From the human T2T-CHM13v2.0 reference genome, Homo sapiens, in NCBI RefSeq assembly GCF_009914755.1, contig NC_060948.1: a DNA stretch of 64,000 bases; one strand, given 5' to 3'. The notes under the pieces are model-generated. The model had not been told where the DNA came from. It saw only the letters and a program-made list of their open reading frames with translations, and did not search any database. The position numbers were made by a program, and so were the translations under genes. Below are positions 12,101 to 24,720 of this stretch, piece by piece; within the stretch, counting starts at the first letter, position 1, and every line of letters starts with the position of its first letter.

Positions 12101-15100
12101 TAGAATGGAACGAAATTTCACGGAATGGAATCAAACTGAATGGAATCAAATCAATGGAATATAATCAAATGGAATGGAAAGGAATTGAATGGAGTAGATT
12201 GGATTGGATGGGATTGGAATGAAATGTACTGGAAAGGACTCGAATTTCATGAAACGGAATGGAATGAATTGGAACGGAATGGACTCGAATGGAATGGAAT
12301 GTCATGGAATGGCATCAAATGGAATGGAATCGAATGCAATGGAATGCTATGGAATGGAATGGAATGCATTGGAATGGAATGTCCTCTAATGGAATGGATT
12401 CGAGTGGAATGGAATCGAATAAGATGGAGTCGAATGAAATGGAATTGAAAGGAATGGGACTGAATACAATGGAATATACTGGAATGTAATGTAATGAACT
12501 CGAATGTAATTGACTGGAATGGAATGTACATGAATGGAATGTAATCGAATGGAAAGTAATCCAATGGAATAGAATCTAATGCAATAAAATCGACTCAATA
12601 GAGTAGAATGTAATGGAATGGAGTGCAGTGCAATGGAATGGAATGGAATGGAATGCAATGGAATGGAAAGGAATGGGATGGAATGGATAGTAATGGACAG
12701 GAGTGAAATGGACTGGAAAAGAATGGACTCAAATTGAAAGGGCTCGAAAGGAATGGAGTCAAATGGAATGGTCTGGAATGGAATGAACACGAACGTAATG
12801 CAATCCAATAGAATGGAATCGAAAGGCATGGAATATAAAGAAATGGAATCGAAGAGAATGGAAACAAATGGAATGGAATTGAATGGAATGGAATTGAATG
12901 GAATGGGAACGAATGGAGTGAAATTGTATGCAGTAGAAGAGATTAGAATGGAATGCAAGCGAAAGGAAAGGAATGGATTGGAATGGAATGGAATTCATTG
13001 GACTTGAAGGGAATGTAGTGTAATGGACAGGCCTGGAATAAAGTGGAATGCTACGGTCTCGAATGGAATAAAAATGTATGGAATGGAATGCAATGAAACG
13101 GAATCGAATGTCATAGAATGTAATGGAATGCAAAAAAATGGAATCCAAAATCATTGACTGGAAAGGCTGGGTGTCGAAAGGAATTGACTCCAATGGAATG
13201 GAATCGAATGGAATGGAAGTGAATAGAATCGAACTAAATCGAATGGAATGGAATTGATAGGAATGGAATGGAAAGGAATGCAATGATTTGGCATGGAATG
13301 GAATCGAATGGCATCGAATGGAATGGAATGGAATGCAATGGAATGGAGTGTATTAGAATGTAATGAACTTTAATGGAATGTACTCGAATGGATTCGACTG
13401 GAATGGAATGTTCTGGAAATGAATGGACTCCAATGGAATGGATTCGAAAGGAATGGAATCTAATGGAATGGAATTAAATGGAAATGAATCAAATTGAATA
13501 GAACGGAATTGAATTGAATGGAATCGAATGCAGTGGAATCTAATGAAACGGAAAGGAAAGGAATGGAATGGAATGGAATGGAATGGGCTGGAATGGAATG
13601 GAATCGAAACGAATGGAATGGAATCGAACTGAAGAGACTGGAATGGAATGCACTGGAATGGAAGGGAGTGTAATGGAAGGTTCTCGAAAAAAATGGAATC
13701 GAAAGGAATGGAATTGAATGGAACGGAATAGAGTCGAATGGAATTGAATGGAATGGAATGGACTAGAGTGAAATGGAATCGAACCACAAGGAATGGACAG
13801 GAATAGAATGTTCTCGAATTGAATGGAATCGTATGGAATGGCATCAAACGGAATGGAATGGACAGCCACGGAATGGAATGCACTCGAATGCAATGGAGTC
13901 GAAACTAATGGACTGGAATAGAATGGACTCGACTGGTACGGACTCCAATGGAATGGAATCGAATGGAAGGGAATCGAACGGAATGGACTCGAAGGGAAAA
14001 GACTGCAATGGAAAGGTCTCGAATGGAATGGAAATTAATGGAATGGAATGGAATCGAATGAAATGGAGTCAAAAGGAATGGAATCGAATGGCAAGAAATC
14101 GAATGTAATGGAATCGCAAGGAATTGATGTGAACGGAACGGAAAGGAATGGAATCCAAAGGAATGGAATAGAATGGAATGGAATCGAATGGAAAGGACTC
14201 GAATGGAAATCACTCGAATAGAATGCAATTTAATAAAATAGGATCAAATGTAATGTAATGGAATGGAAAGGAATCGAAACGAAAGGAATGGAGACAGATG
14301 GAATGGAATGGAACAGAGAGCAATGGTATAGAATGGAATGGAATCATCTGGAATGGAATTGAATGGAATGGAATAATATGAAATGGAATGGAATGGAATG
14401 GAATGTCCTTGAATTAAATGGACTGGAATGGAATGGACTCGAACAGAGTGGAATGGAAAGTGTTGAAATAGAATGGAATGGACTCGTTTGGAATGGTCTA
14501 GTATGCAATGCAATCAACTGGCAGGGAATCAAAAGGAATGTAATCGAATGGATTGGACTGGAATGCAATGGACTCGAATAGATTGGAAACGGAAAGCAAA
14601 GGAATGGAATGGAATAGTATGGAATGGAATGGAAAGGAATGGAGTGGAATAGACTAGAGTGGAATGGAATGGACTCGAAAGCAATGGACTGGAATGGAAC
14701 TTTCTTGAATGGACTGGAACCAAACGGAATGGAATGCAATGCAATCAAATGGCATGGAATAAATTAGAATGAAAGAGAATCAAATGGAATTGAATCGAAT
14801 GGAATCGAATGGATTGGAAAGGAATAGAATGGCATGGAGTGGAATTGTCTCAAATGGAATGGACTAGAATGGAATGGATTCGAATGGAAGGCAAAGGAAT
14901 GGAATCTATTGGAATGGACTGTAATGGAATGGAACGGAAGGGATTGAAATGGACTCGAATGGAATGGACTGCAATAAAAAGGATTCGAATGGAATGAAAA
15001 AGAATTGAATGGAATAGAACAGAATGGAATCAAATCGAATGAAATGGAATGGAATAGAAAGGAATGGAATGAAATGGAATGGAAAGGATTCGAATGGAAT

Positions 15101-17339
15101 GCAATCGAATGGAATGCAATCGAATGGAATGGAATCGAACGGAATGGAATAAAATGGTAGAAAACTGGCAAGAAATGGAATCGAAATGAATGGAGTGTTA
15201 TGGAACGGACTCAAAAGGAATTGAATGTAGTAGAATGGAGTGGAGTGGACTCGAATATAATGGACTGGAATGGAATGGGAACGAATGGAATGGAATGGAA
15301 AGGAATGGAATCGAATGGAAAGGAATCGAATGGAAGGGAATGAAATTGAATCAACAGGAATGGAAGGGAGTAGAATAGAAGGTAATGGAATGGACTCGAA
15401 TTGAATGGACACGAATGTTCAAATTAAATGGACTCGAATGGAATGGAAACGAAAGGAATGTCATCGAATGGAATTGAATCGAATGGAATGAAATTACATA
15501 GAATGGAGTGGAATCAAATGGAATTGAATCGAAAGGAAAGGAAGAGAATTGACTGAAATGAAATGGAATGGAATTGATTGGAAAGCAATGCAATGGAATA
15601 GAATGGAACGAAATTTCACGGAATGGAATCAAACTGAATGGAATCAAATCAATGGAATCTAATGAAATGGAATGGAAAGGAATTGAAAGGAGTAGATTGG
15701 ATTGGATGGGATTGGAATGAAATGTACTGGAAAGGACTCGAATTTCATGAAACGGAATGGAATGAATTAGAACGGAATGGACTCGAATGGAATGGAATGT
15801 CATGGAATGGCATCAAATGGAATGGCATCAAATGGAATGGAATCGAATGCAATGGAATGCTATGGAATGGAATGGAATGCATTGGAATGGAATGTCCTCT
15901 AATGGAATGGATTCGAGTGGAATGGAATCGAATATAATGGAGTCGAATGAAATGGAATTGAAAATAATGGGACCGAATACAATGGAATATACTGGAATGT
16001 AATGTAATGAACTCGAATGTAATTGACTGGAATGGAATGTACATGAATGGAATGTAATCGAATGGAAAGTAATCCAATGGAATAGAATCTAATGCAATAA
16101 AATCGACTCAAATAGAGTAGAATGTAATGGAATGGAGTGCAGTGCAATGGAATGGAATGGAATGGAATGCAATGGAATGGAATGGAATGGGATGGAATGG
16201 TATGGAATGGATAGTAATGGACAGGAGTGAAATGGACTGGAAAAGAATGGACTCAAATTGAAAGGGCTCAAAAGGAATGGAGTCAAATGGAATGGTCTGG
16301 AATGGAATGAATACGAATGTAATGCAATCCAATAGAATGGAATCGAATGGTATGGAATATAAAGAAATGGAATCGAAGAGAATGGAAACAAATGGAATGG
16401 AATTGAATGGAATGGAATTGAATGGAATGGGAACGAATGGAGTGAAATTGTATGCAGTAGAAGAGAATAGAATGGAATGCAAGCGAAAGGAAAGGAATGG
16501 ATTGGAATGGAATGGAATTCATTCGAATGGAAGGGAATGTAGTGTAATGGACAGGCCTGGAATAAAGTGGAATGCTACGGTCTCGAATGGAATAAAAATG
16601 TATGGAATGGAATGCAATGAGACGGAATCGAATGTCATAGAATGTAATGGAATGCAAAAAAATGGACTCCAAAATCATTGACTAGAAAGGCTGGGTGTCG
16701 AAAGGAATTGACTCCAATGGAATGGAATCGAATGGAGTGGAAGTGAATAGAATCGAACTGAATCGAATGGAATGGAATTGATAGGAACGGAATGGAAAGG
16801 AATGCAATGATTTGGCATGGAATGGAATCGAATGGCATCGAAAGGAATGGAATGGAATGCAATGGAATGGAATGTATTAGAATGTAATGAACTTTAATGG
16901 AATGTACTCGAATGGATTCGACTGGAATGGAATGTTCTCGAAGTGAATGTACTCCAATGGAATGGATTCGAAAGGAATGGAATCTAATGGAATGGAATTA
17001 AATGGAAATGAATCAAATTGAATAGAACGGAATTGAATTGAATGGAATGGAATGCAATGGAATCTAATGAAACGGAAAGGAAAGGAATGGAATGGAATGG
17101 AATGGGCTGGAATGGAATGGAATCGAAACGAATGGAATGGAGTCGAACTGAAGAGACTGGAATGGAATGCACTGGAATGGAAGGGAGTGTAATGGAAGGT
17201 TCTCCAAAAAAATGGAATGGAAAGGAATGGAATTGAATGGAACGGAATAGATTCGAATGGAATTCAATGGAATGGAATGGACTAGAGTGAAATGGAATCG
17301 AACCACAAGGAATGGACAGGAACAGAATGTTCTCGAATT

Positions 17340-20300
17340 GAATGGAATCGTATGGAATGGCATCAAACGGAATGGAATGGACAGCCACGGAATGGAATGC
17401 ACTCGAATGCAATGGAGTCGAAACTAATGGACTGGAATAGAATGGACTCGACTGGTACGGACTCCAATGGAATGGAATCGAATGGAAGGGAATCGAACGG
17501 AATGGACTCAAAGGGAAAAGACTGCAATGGAAAGGTCTGGAATGGAATGGAAATTAATGGAATGGAATGAAATCGAATGAAATGGAGTCAAAAGGAATGG
17601 AATCGAATGGCAAGAAATCGAATGTAATGGAATCGCAAGGAATTGATGTGAACGGAAAGGAATGGAATGGAATCCAAAGGAATGGAATAGAATGGAATGG
17701 AATCGAATGGAAAGGACTCGAATGGAAATCACTCGAATAGAATGCAATTTAATAAAATAGGATCAAATGTAATGGAATGGAATGGAAAGGAATCGAAACG
17801 AAAGGAATGGAGACAGATGGAATGGAATGGAACAGAGAGCAATGGTATAGAATGGAATGGAATCATCTGGAATGGAATTGAATGGAATGGAATAATATGA
17901 AATGGAATGGAATGGAATGGAATGCCCTTGAATTAAATGGACTGGAATGGAATGGACTCGAACAGAGTGGAATGGAAAGTGTTGAAATAGAATGGAATGG
18001 ACTCGTTTGGAATGGTCTAGTATGCAATGCAATCGACTGGCAGGGAATCAAAAGGAATGTAATCGAATGGATTGGACTGGAATGCAATGGACGCGAATAG
18101 ATTGGAAACGGAAAGCAAAGGAATGGAATGGATAAGTATGGAACGGAATGGAAAGGAATGGAGTGGAATAGACTAGAGTGGAATGGAATGGACTGGAAAG
18201 CAATGGACTGGAATGGAACTTTCTTGAATGGACTGGAATCAAACGGAATGGAATGCAATGCAATCAAATGGCATGGAATAAAATAGAATGAAAGAGAATC
18301 AAATGGAATTGAATCGAATGGAATCGAATGGATTGGAAAGGAATAGAATGGAATGGAATGGAATTGACTCAAATGGAATGGACTAGAATGGAATGCATTC
18401 AAATGGAAGGCAAAGGAATGGAATCTATTGGAATGGACTGTAATGGAATGGAATGGAAGGGATTGGAATGGACTCGAATGGAATGGACTGCAATAGAAAG
18501 GATTCGAATGGAATGAAAAAGAATTGAATGGAATAGAACAGAATGGAATCAAATCGAATGAAATGGAATAGAATAGAAAGGAATGGAATGAAATGGAATG
18601 GAAAGGATTCGAATGGAATGCAATGGAATGGAATGGAATCGAACGGAATGGAATAAAATGGAAGAAAACTGGCAAGAAATGGAATCGAAATGAATGGAGT
18701 GTTATGGAACGGACTCAAAAGGAATTGAATGTAATAGAATGGAGTGGAGTGGACTCGAATATAATGGACTGGAATGGAATGAAATCACATGGAATGGGAA
18801 CGAATGGAATGGAATGGAAAGGAATGGAATCGAATGGAAAGGAATCGAATGGAAGGGAATGAAATTGAATCAACAGGACTGGAAGGGAGGAGAATAGACG
18901 GTAATGGAATGGACTCGAATAGAATGGACACGAATGCTCAAATTGAATGGACTCGAATGGAATGGAAACGAAAGGAATGTCATCGAATGGAATTGAATCG
19001 ATTGGATTGAAATCACATAGAATGGAGTGGAATCAAATGGAATTGAATCGAAAGGAAAGGAAGCGAATGGACTGAAATGAAATGGAATGGAATTGAATGG
19101 AAATTAATGCAATGGAATAGAATAGAACGAAATTTCACGGAATGGAATCAAACTGAATGGAATCAAATCAATGGAATATAATCAAATGGAATGGAAAGGA
19201 ATTGAATGGAGTAGATTGGATTGGATGGGATTGGAATGAAATGTACTGGAAAGGACTCGAATTTCATGAAACGGAATGGAAAGAATTAGAACGGAATGGA
19301 CTCGAATGGAATGGAATGTCATGGAATGGCATCAAATGGAATGGAATCGAATGCGATGGAATGCTATGGAATGGAATGGAATGCATTGGAATGGAATGCC
19401 CTCTAATGGAATGTATTCGAGTGGAATGGAATCGAATATAATGTAGTCTAATGAAATGGAATTGAAAGGAATGGGACCGAATACAATGGAATATACTGGA
19501 ATGTAATGTAATGAACTCGAATGTAATTGACTGGAATAGAAAGTACATGAATGGAATGTAATCGAATGGAAAGCAATCCAATGGAATAGAATCTAATGCA
19601 ATAAAATCGACTCAAATAGAGTAGAATGTAATGGAATGGAGTGCAGTGCAATGGAATGGAATGGAATGGAATGCAATGGAATGGAATGGAATGGAATGGG
19701 ATGGAATGGTATGGAATGGATAGTAATGGACTGGAGTGAAATGGACTGGAAAAGAATGGACTCAAATTGAAAGGGCTCGAAAGGAATGGAGTCAAATGGA
19801 ATGGTCTGGAATGGAATGAACACGAATGTAATACAATCCAATAGAATGGAATCGAATGGCATGATATATAAGGAAATGGAATCGAAGAGAATGGAAACAA
19901 ATGGAATGGAATTGAAGGGAATGGAATTGAATGGAATGGGAACGAATGGAGTGAAATTGTATGCAGTAGAAGAGAATAGAATGGAATGCAAGCGAAAGGA
20001 AAGGAATGGATTGGAATGGAATGGAATTCATTGGAATGGAAGGGAATGTAGTGTAATGGACAGGCCTGGAATAAAGTGGAATGCTACGGTCTCGAATGGA
20101 ATAAAAATGTATGGAATGGAATGCAATGAAACGGAATCGAATGTCATAGAATGTAATGGAATGCAAAAAAATGGACTCCAAAATCATTGACTAGAAAGGC
20201 TGGGTGTCGAAAGGAATTGACTCCAATGGAATGGAATCGAATGGAATGGAAGTGAATAGAATCGAACTAAATCGAATGGAATGGAATTGATAGGAACGGA

Positions 20301-23300
20301 ATGGAAAGGAATGCAATGATTTGGCATGGAATGGAATCGAATGGCATCGAATGGAATGGAATAGAATGCAATGGAATGGAATGTATTAGAATGTAATGAA
20401 CTTTAATGGAATGTACTCGAATGGATTCGACTGGAATGGAATGTTCTTGAAGTGAATGGACTCCAATGGAATGGATTCGAAAGGAATGGAATCTAATGGA
20501 ATGGAATTAAATGGAAATGAATCAAATTGAATAGAACGGAATTGAATTGAATGGAATCGAATGCAATGGAATCTAATGAAACGGAAAGGAAAGGAATGGA
20601 ATGGATTGGAATGGAATGGGCTGGAATGGAATGGAATCGAAACGAATGGAATGGAATCGAACTGAAGAGACTGGAATGGAATGCACTGGAATGGAAGGGA
20701 ATGTAATGGAAGGTTCTCGAAAAAAATAGAATCGAATGGAATGGAATTGAATGGAACGGAATAGAGTCGAATGGAATTGAATGGAATGGAATGGACTAGA
20801 GTGAAATGGAATCGAACCACAAGGAATGGACAGGAATAGAATGGTCTCGAATTGAATGGAATCGTATGGAATGGCATCAAACGGAATGGAATGGACAGCC
20901 ACGGAATGGAATGCACTCGAATGCAATGGAGTCGAAACTAATGGACTGGAATAGAATGGACTCGACTGGTACGGACTCCAATGGAATGGAATCGAATGGA
21001 AGGGAATCGAACGGAATGGACTCAAAGGGAAAAGACTGCAATGGAAAGGTCTGGAATGGAATGGAAATTAATGGAATGGAATGAAATCGAATGAAATGGA
21101 GTCAAAAGGAATGGAATCGAATGGCAAGAAATCGAATGTAATGGAATCGCAAGGAATTGATGTGAACGGAAAGGAATGGAATGGAATCCAAAGGAATGGA
21201 ATAGAATGGAATGGAATCGAATGGAAAGGACTCGAATGGAAATCACTCGAATAGAATGCAATTTAATAAAATAGGATCAAATGTAATGGAATGGAATGGA
21301 AAGGAATCGAAACGAAAGGAATGGAGACAGATGGAATGGAATGGAACAGAGAGCAATGGTATAGAATGGAATGGAATCATCTGGAATGGAATTGAATGGA
21401 ATGGAATAATATGAAATGGAATGGAATGGAATGGAATGCCCTTGAATTAAATGGACTGGAATGGAATGGACTCGAACAGAGTGGAATGGAAAGTGTTGAA
21501 ATAGAATGGAATGGACTCGTTTGGAATGGTCTAGTATGCAATGCAATCGACTGGCAGGGAATCAAAAGGAATGTAATCGAATGGATTGGACTGGAATGCA
21601 ATGGACGCGAATAGATTGGAAACGGAAAGCAAAGGAATGGAATGGATAAGTATGGAACGGAATGGAAAGGAATGGAGTGGAATAGACTAGAGTGGAATGG
21701 AATGGACTCGAAAGCAATGGACTGGAATGGAACTTTCTTGAATGGACTGGAATCAAACGGAATGGAATGCAATGCAATCAAATGGCATGGAATAAAATAG
21801 AATGAAAGAGAATCAAATGGAATTGAATCGAATGGAATCGAATGGATTGGAAAGGAATAGAATGGAATGGAATGGAATTGACTCAAATGGAATGGACTAG
21901 AATGGAATGCATTCAAATGGAAGGCAAAGGAATGGAATCTATTGGAATGGACTGTAATGGAATGGAATGGAAGGGATTGGAATGGACTCGAATGGAATGG
22001 ACTGCAATAGAAAGGATTCGAATGGAATGAAAAAGAATTGAATGGAATAGAACAGAATGGAATCAAATCGAATGAAATGGAATAGAATAGAAAGGAATGG
22101 AATGAAATGGAATGGAAAGGATTCGAATGGAATGCAATCGAATGGAATGGAATCGAACGGAATGGAATAAAATGGAAGAAAACTGGCAAGAAATGGAATC
22201 GAAATGAATGGAGTGTTATGGAACGGACTCAAAAGGAATTGAATGTAATAGAATGGAGTGGAGTGGACTCGAATATAATGGACTGGAATGGAATGAAATC
22301 ACATGGAATGGGAACGAATGGAATGGAATGGAAAGGAATGGAATCGAATGGAAAGGAATCGAATGGAAGGGAATGAAATTGAATCAACAGGACTGGAAGG
22401 GAGGAGAATAGACGGTAATGGAATGGACTCGAATAGAATGGACACGAATGCTCAAATTGAATGGACTCGAATGGAATGGAAACGAAAGGAATGTCATCGA
22501 ATGGAATTGAATCGATTGGATTGAAATCACATAGAATGGAGTGGAATCAAATGGAATTGAATCGAAAGGAAAGGAAGCGAATGGACTGAAATGAAATGGA
22601 ATGGAATTGAATGGAAATTAATGCAATGGAATAGAATAGAACGAAATTTCACGGAATGGAATCAAACTGAATGGAATCAAATCAATGGAATATAATCAAA
22701 TGGAATGGAAAGGAATTGAATGGAGTAGATTGGATTGGATGGGATTGGAATGAAATGTACTGGAAAGGACTCGAATTTCATGAAACGGAATGGAAAGAAT
22801 TAGAACGGAATGGACTCGAATGGAATGGAATGTCATGGAATGGCATCAAATGGAATGGAATCGAATGCGATGGAATGCTATGGAATGGAATGGAATGCAT
22901 TGGAATGGAATGCCCTCTAATGGAATGTATTCGAGTGGAATGGAATCGAATACAATGTAGTCTAATGAAATGGAATTGAAAGGAATGGGACCGAATACAA
23001 TGGAATATACTGGAATGTAATGTAATGAACTCGAATGTAATTGACTGGAATAGAAAGTACATGAATGGAATGTAATCGAATGGAAAGCAATCCAATGGAA
23101 TAGAATCTAATGCAATAAAATCGACTCAAATAGAGTAGAATGTAAGGAATGGAGTGCAGTGCAATGGAATGGAATGGAATGGAATGCAATGGAATGGAAT
23201 GGAATGGAATGGGATGGAATGGTATGGAATGGATAGTAATGGACTGGAGTGAAATGGACTGGAAAAGAATGGACTCAAATTGAAAGGGCTCGAAAGGAAT

Positions 23301-24720
23301 GGAGTCAAATGGAATGGTCTGGAATGGAATGAACACGAATGTAATACAATCCAATAGAATGGAATCGAATGGCATGATATATAAGGAAATGGAATCGAAG
23401 AGAATGGAAACAAATGGAATGGAATTGAAGGGAATGGAATTGAATGGAATGGGAACGAATGGAGTGAAATTGTATGCAGTAGAAGAGAATAGAATGGAAT
23501 GCAAGCGAAAGGAAAGGAATGGATTGGAATGGAATGGAATTCATTGGAATGGAAGGGAATGTAGTGTAATGGACAGGCCTGGAATAAAGTGGAATGCTAC
23601 GGTCTCGAATGGAATAAAAATGTATGGAATGGAATGCAATGAAACGGAATCGAATGTCATAGAATGTAATGGAATGCAAAAAAATGGACTCCAAAATCAT
23701 TGACTGGAAAGGCTGGGTGTCGAAAGGAATTGACTCCAATGGAATGGAATCGAATGGAATGGAAGTGAATAGAATCGAACTAAATCGAATGGAATGGAAT
23801 TGATAGGAACGGAATGGAAAGGAATGCAATGATTTGGCATGGAATGCAATCGAATGGCATCGAATGGAATGGAATGGAATGCAATGGAATGGAATGTATT
23901 AGAATGTAATGAACTTTAATGGAATGTACTCGAATGGATTCGACTGGAATGGAATGTTCTTGAAGTGAATGGACTCCAATGGAATGGATTCGAAAGGAAT
24001 GGAATCTAATGGAATGGAATTAAATGGAAATGAATCAAATTGAATAGAACGGAATTGAATTGAATGGAATCGAATGCAATGGAATCTAATGAAACGGAAA
24101 AGAAAGGAATGGAATGGATTGGAATGGAATGGGCTGGAATGGAATGGAATCGAAACGAATGGAATGGAATCGAACTGAAGAGACTGGAATGGAATGCACT
24201 GGAATGGAAGGGAATGTAATGGAAGGTTCTCGAAAAAAATAGAATCGAAAGGAATGGAATTGAATGGAACGGAATAGAGTCGAATGGAATTGAATGGAAT
24301 GGAATGGACTAGAGTGAAATGGAATCGAACCACAAGGAATGGACAGGAATAGAATGGTCTCGAATTGAATGGAATCGTATGGAATGGCATCAAACGGAAT
24401 GGAATGGACAGCCACGGAATGGAATGCACTCGAATGCAATGGAGTCGAAACTAATGGACTGGAATAGAATGGACTCGACTGGTACGGACTCCAATGGAAT
24501 GGAATCGAATGGAAGGGAATCGAACGGAATGGACTCAAAGGGAAAAGACTGCAATGGAAAGGTCTGGAATGGAATGGAAATTAATGGAATGGAATGAAAT
24601 CGAATGAAATGGAGTCAAAAGGAATGGAATCGAATGGCAAGAAATCGAATGTAATGGAATCGCAAGGAATTGATGTGAACGGAAAGGAATGGAATGGAAT
24701 CCAAAGGAATGGAATAGAAT
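17340..24720 (+). repeat. Near-identical unit pair (period 3513-3514 bp), recent whole-unit duplication
   Basis: Private variants shared at +3514 offset: ggacgcgaat (~18090/21604), gataagtatggaacgg, caggactggaagggagg (~18873/22387), atgcgatgg, ggcatgatatataagg. Confidence 0.85.
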
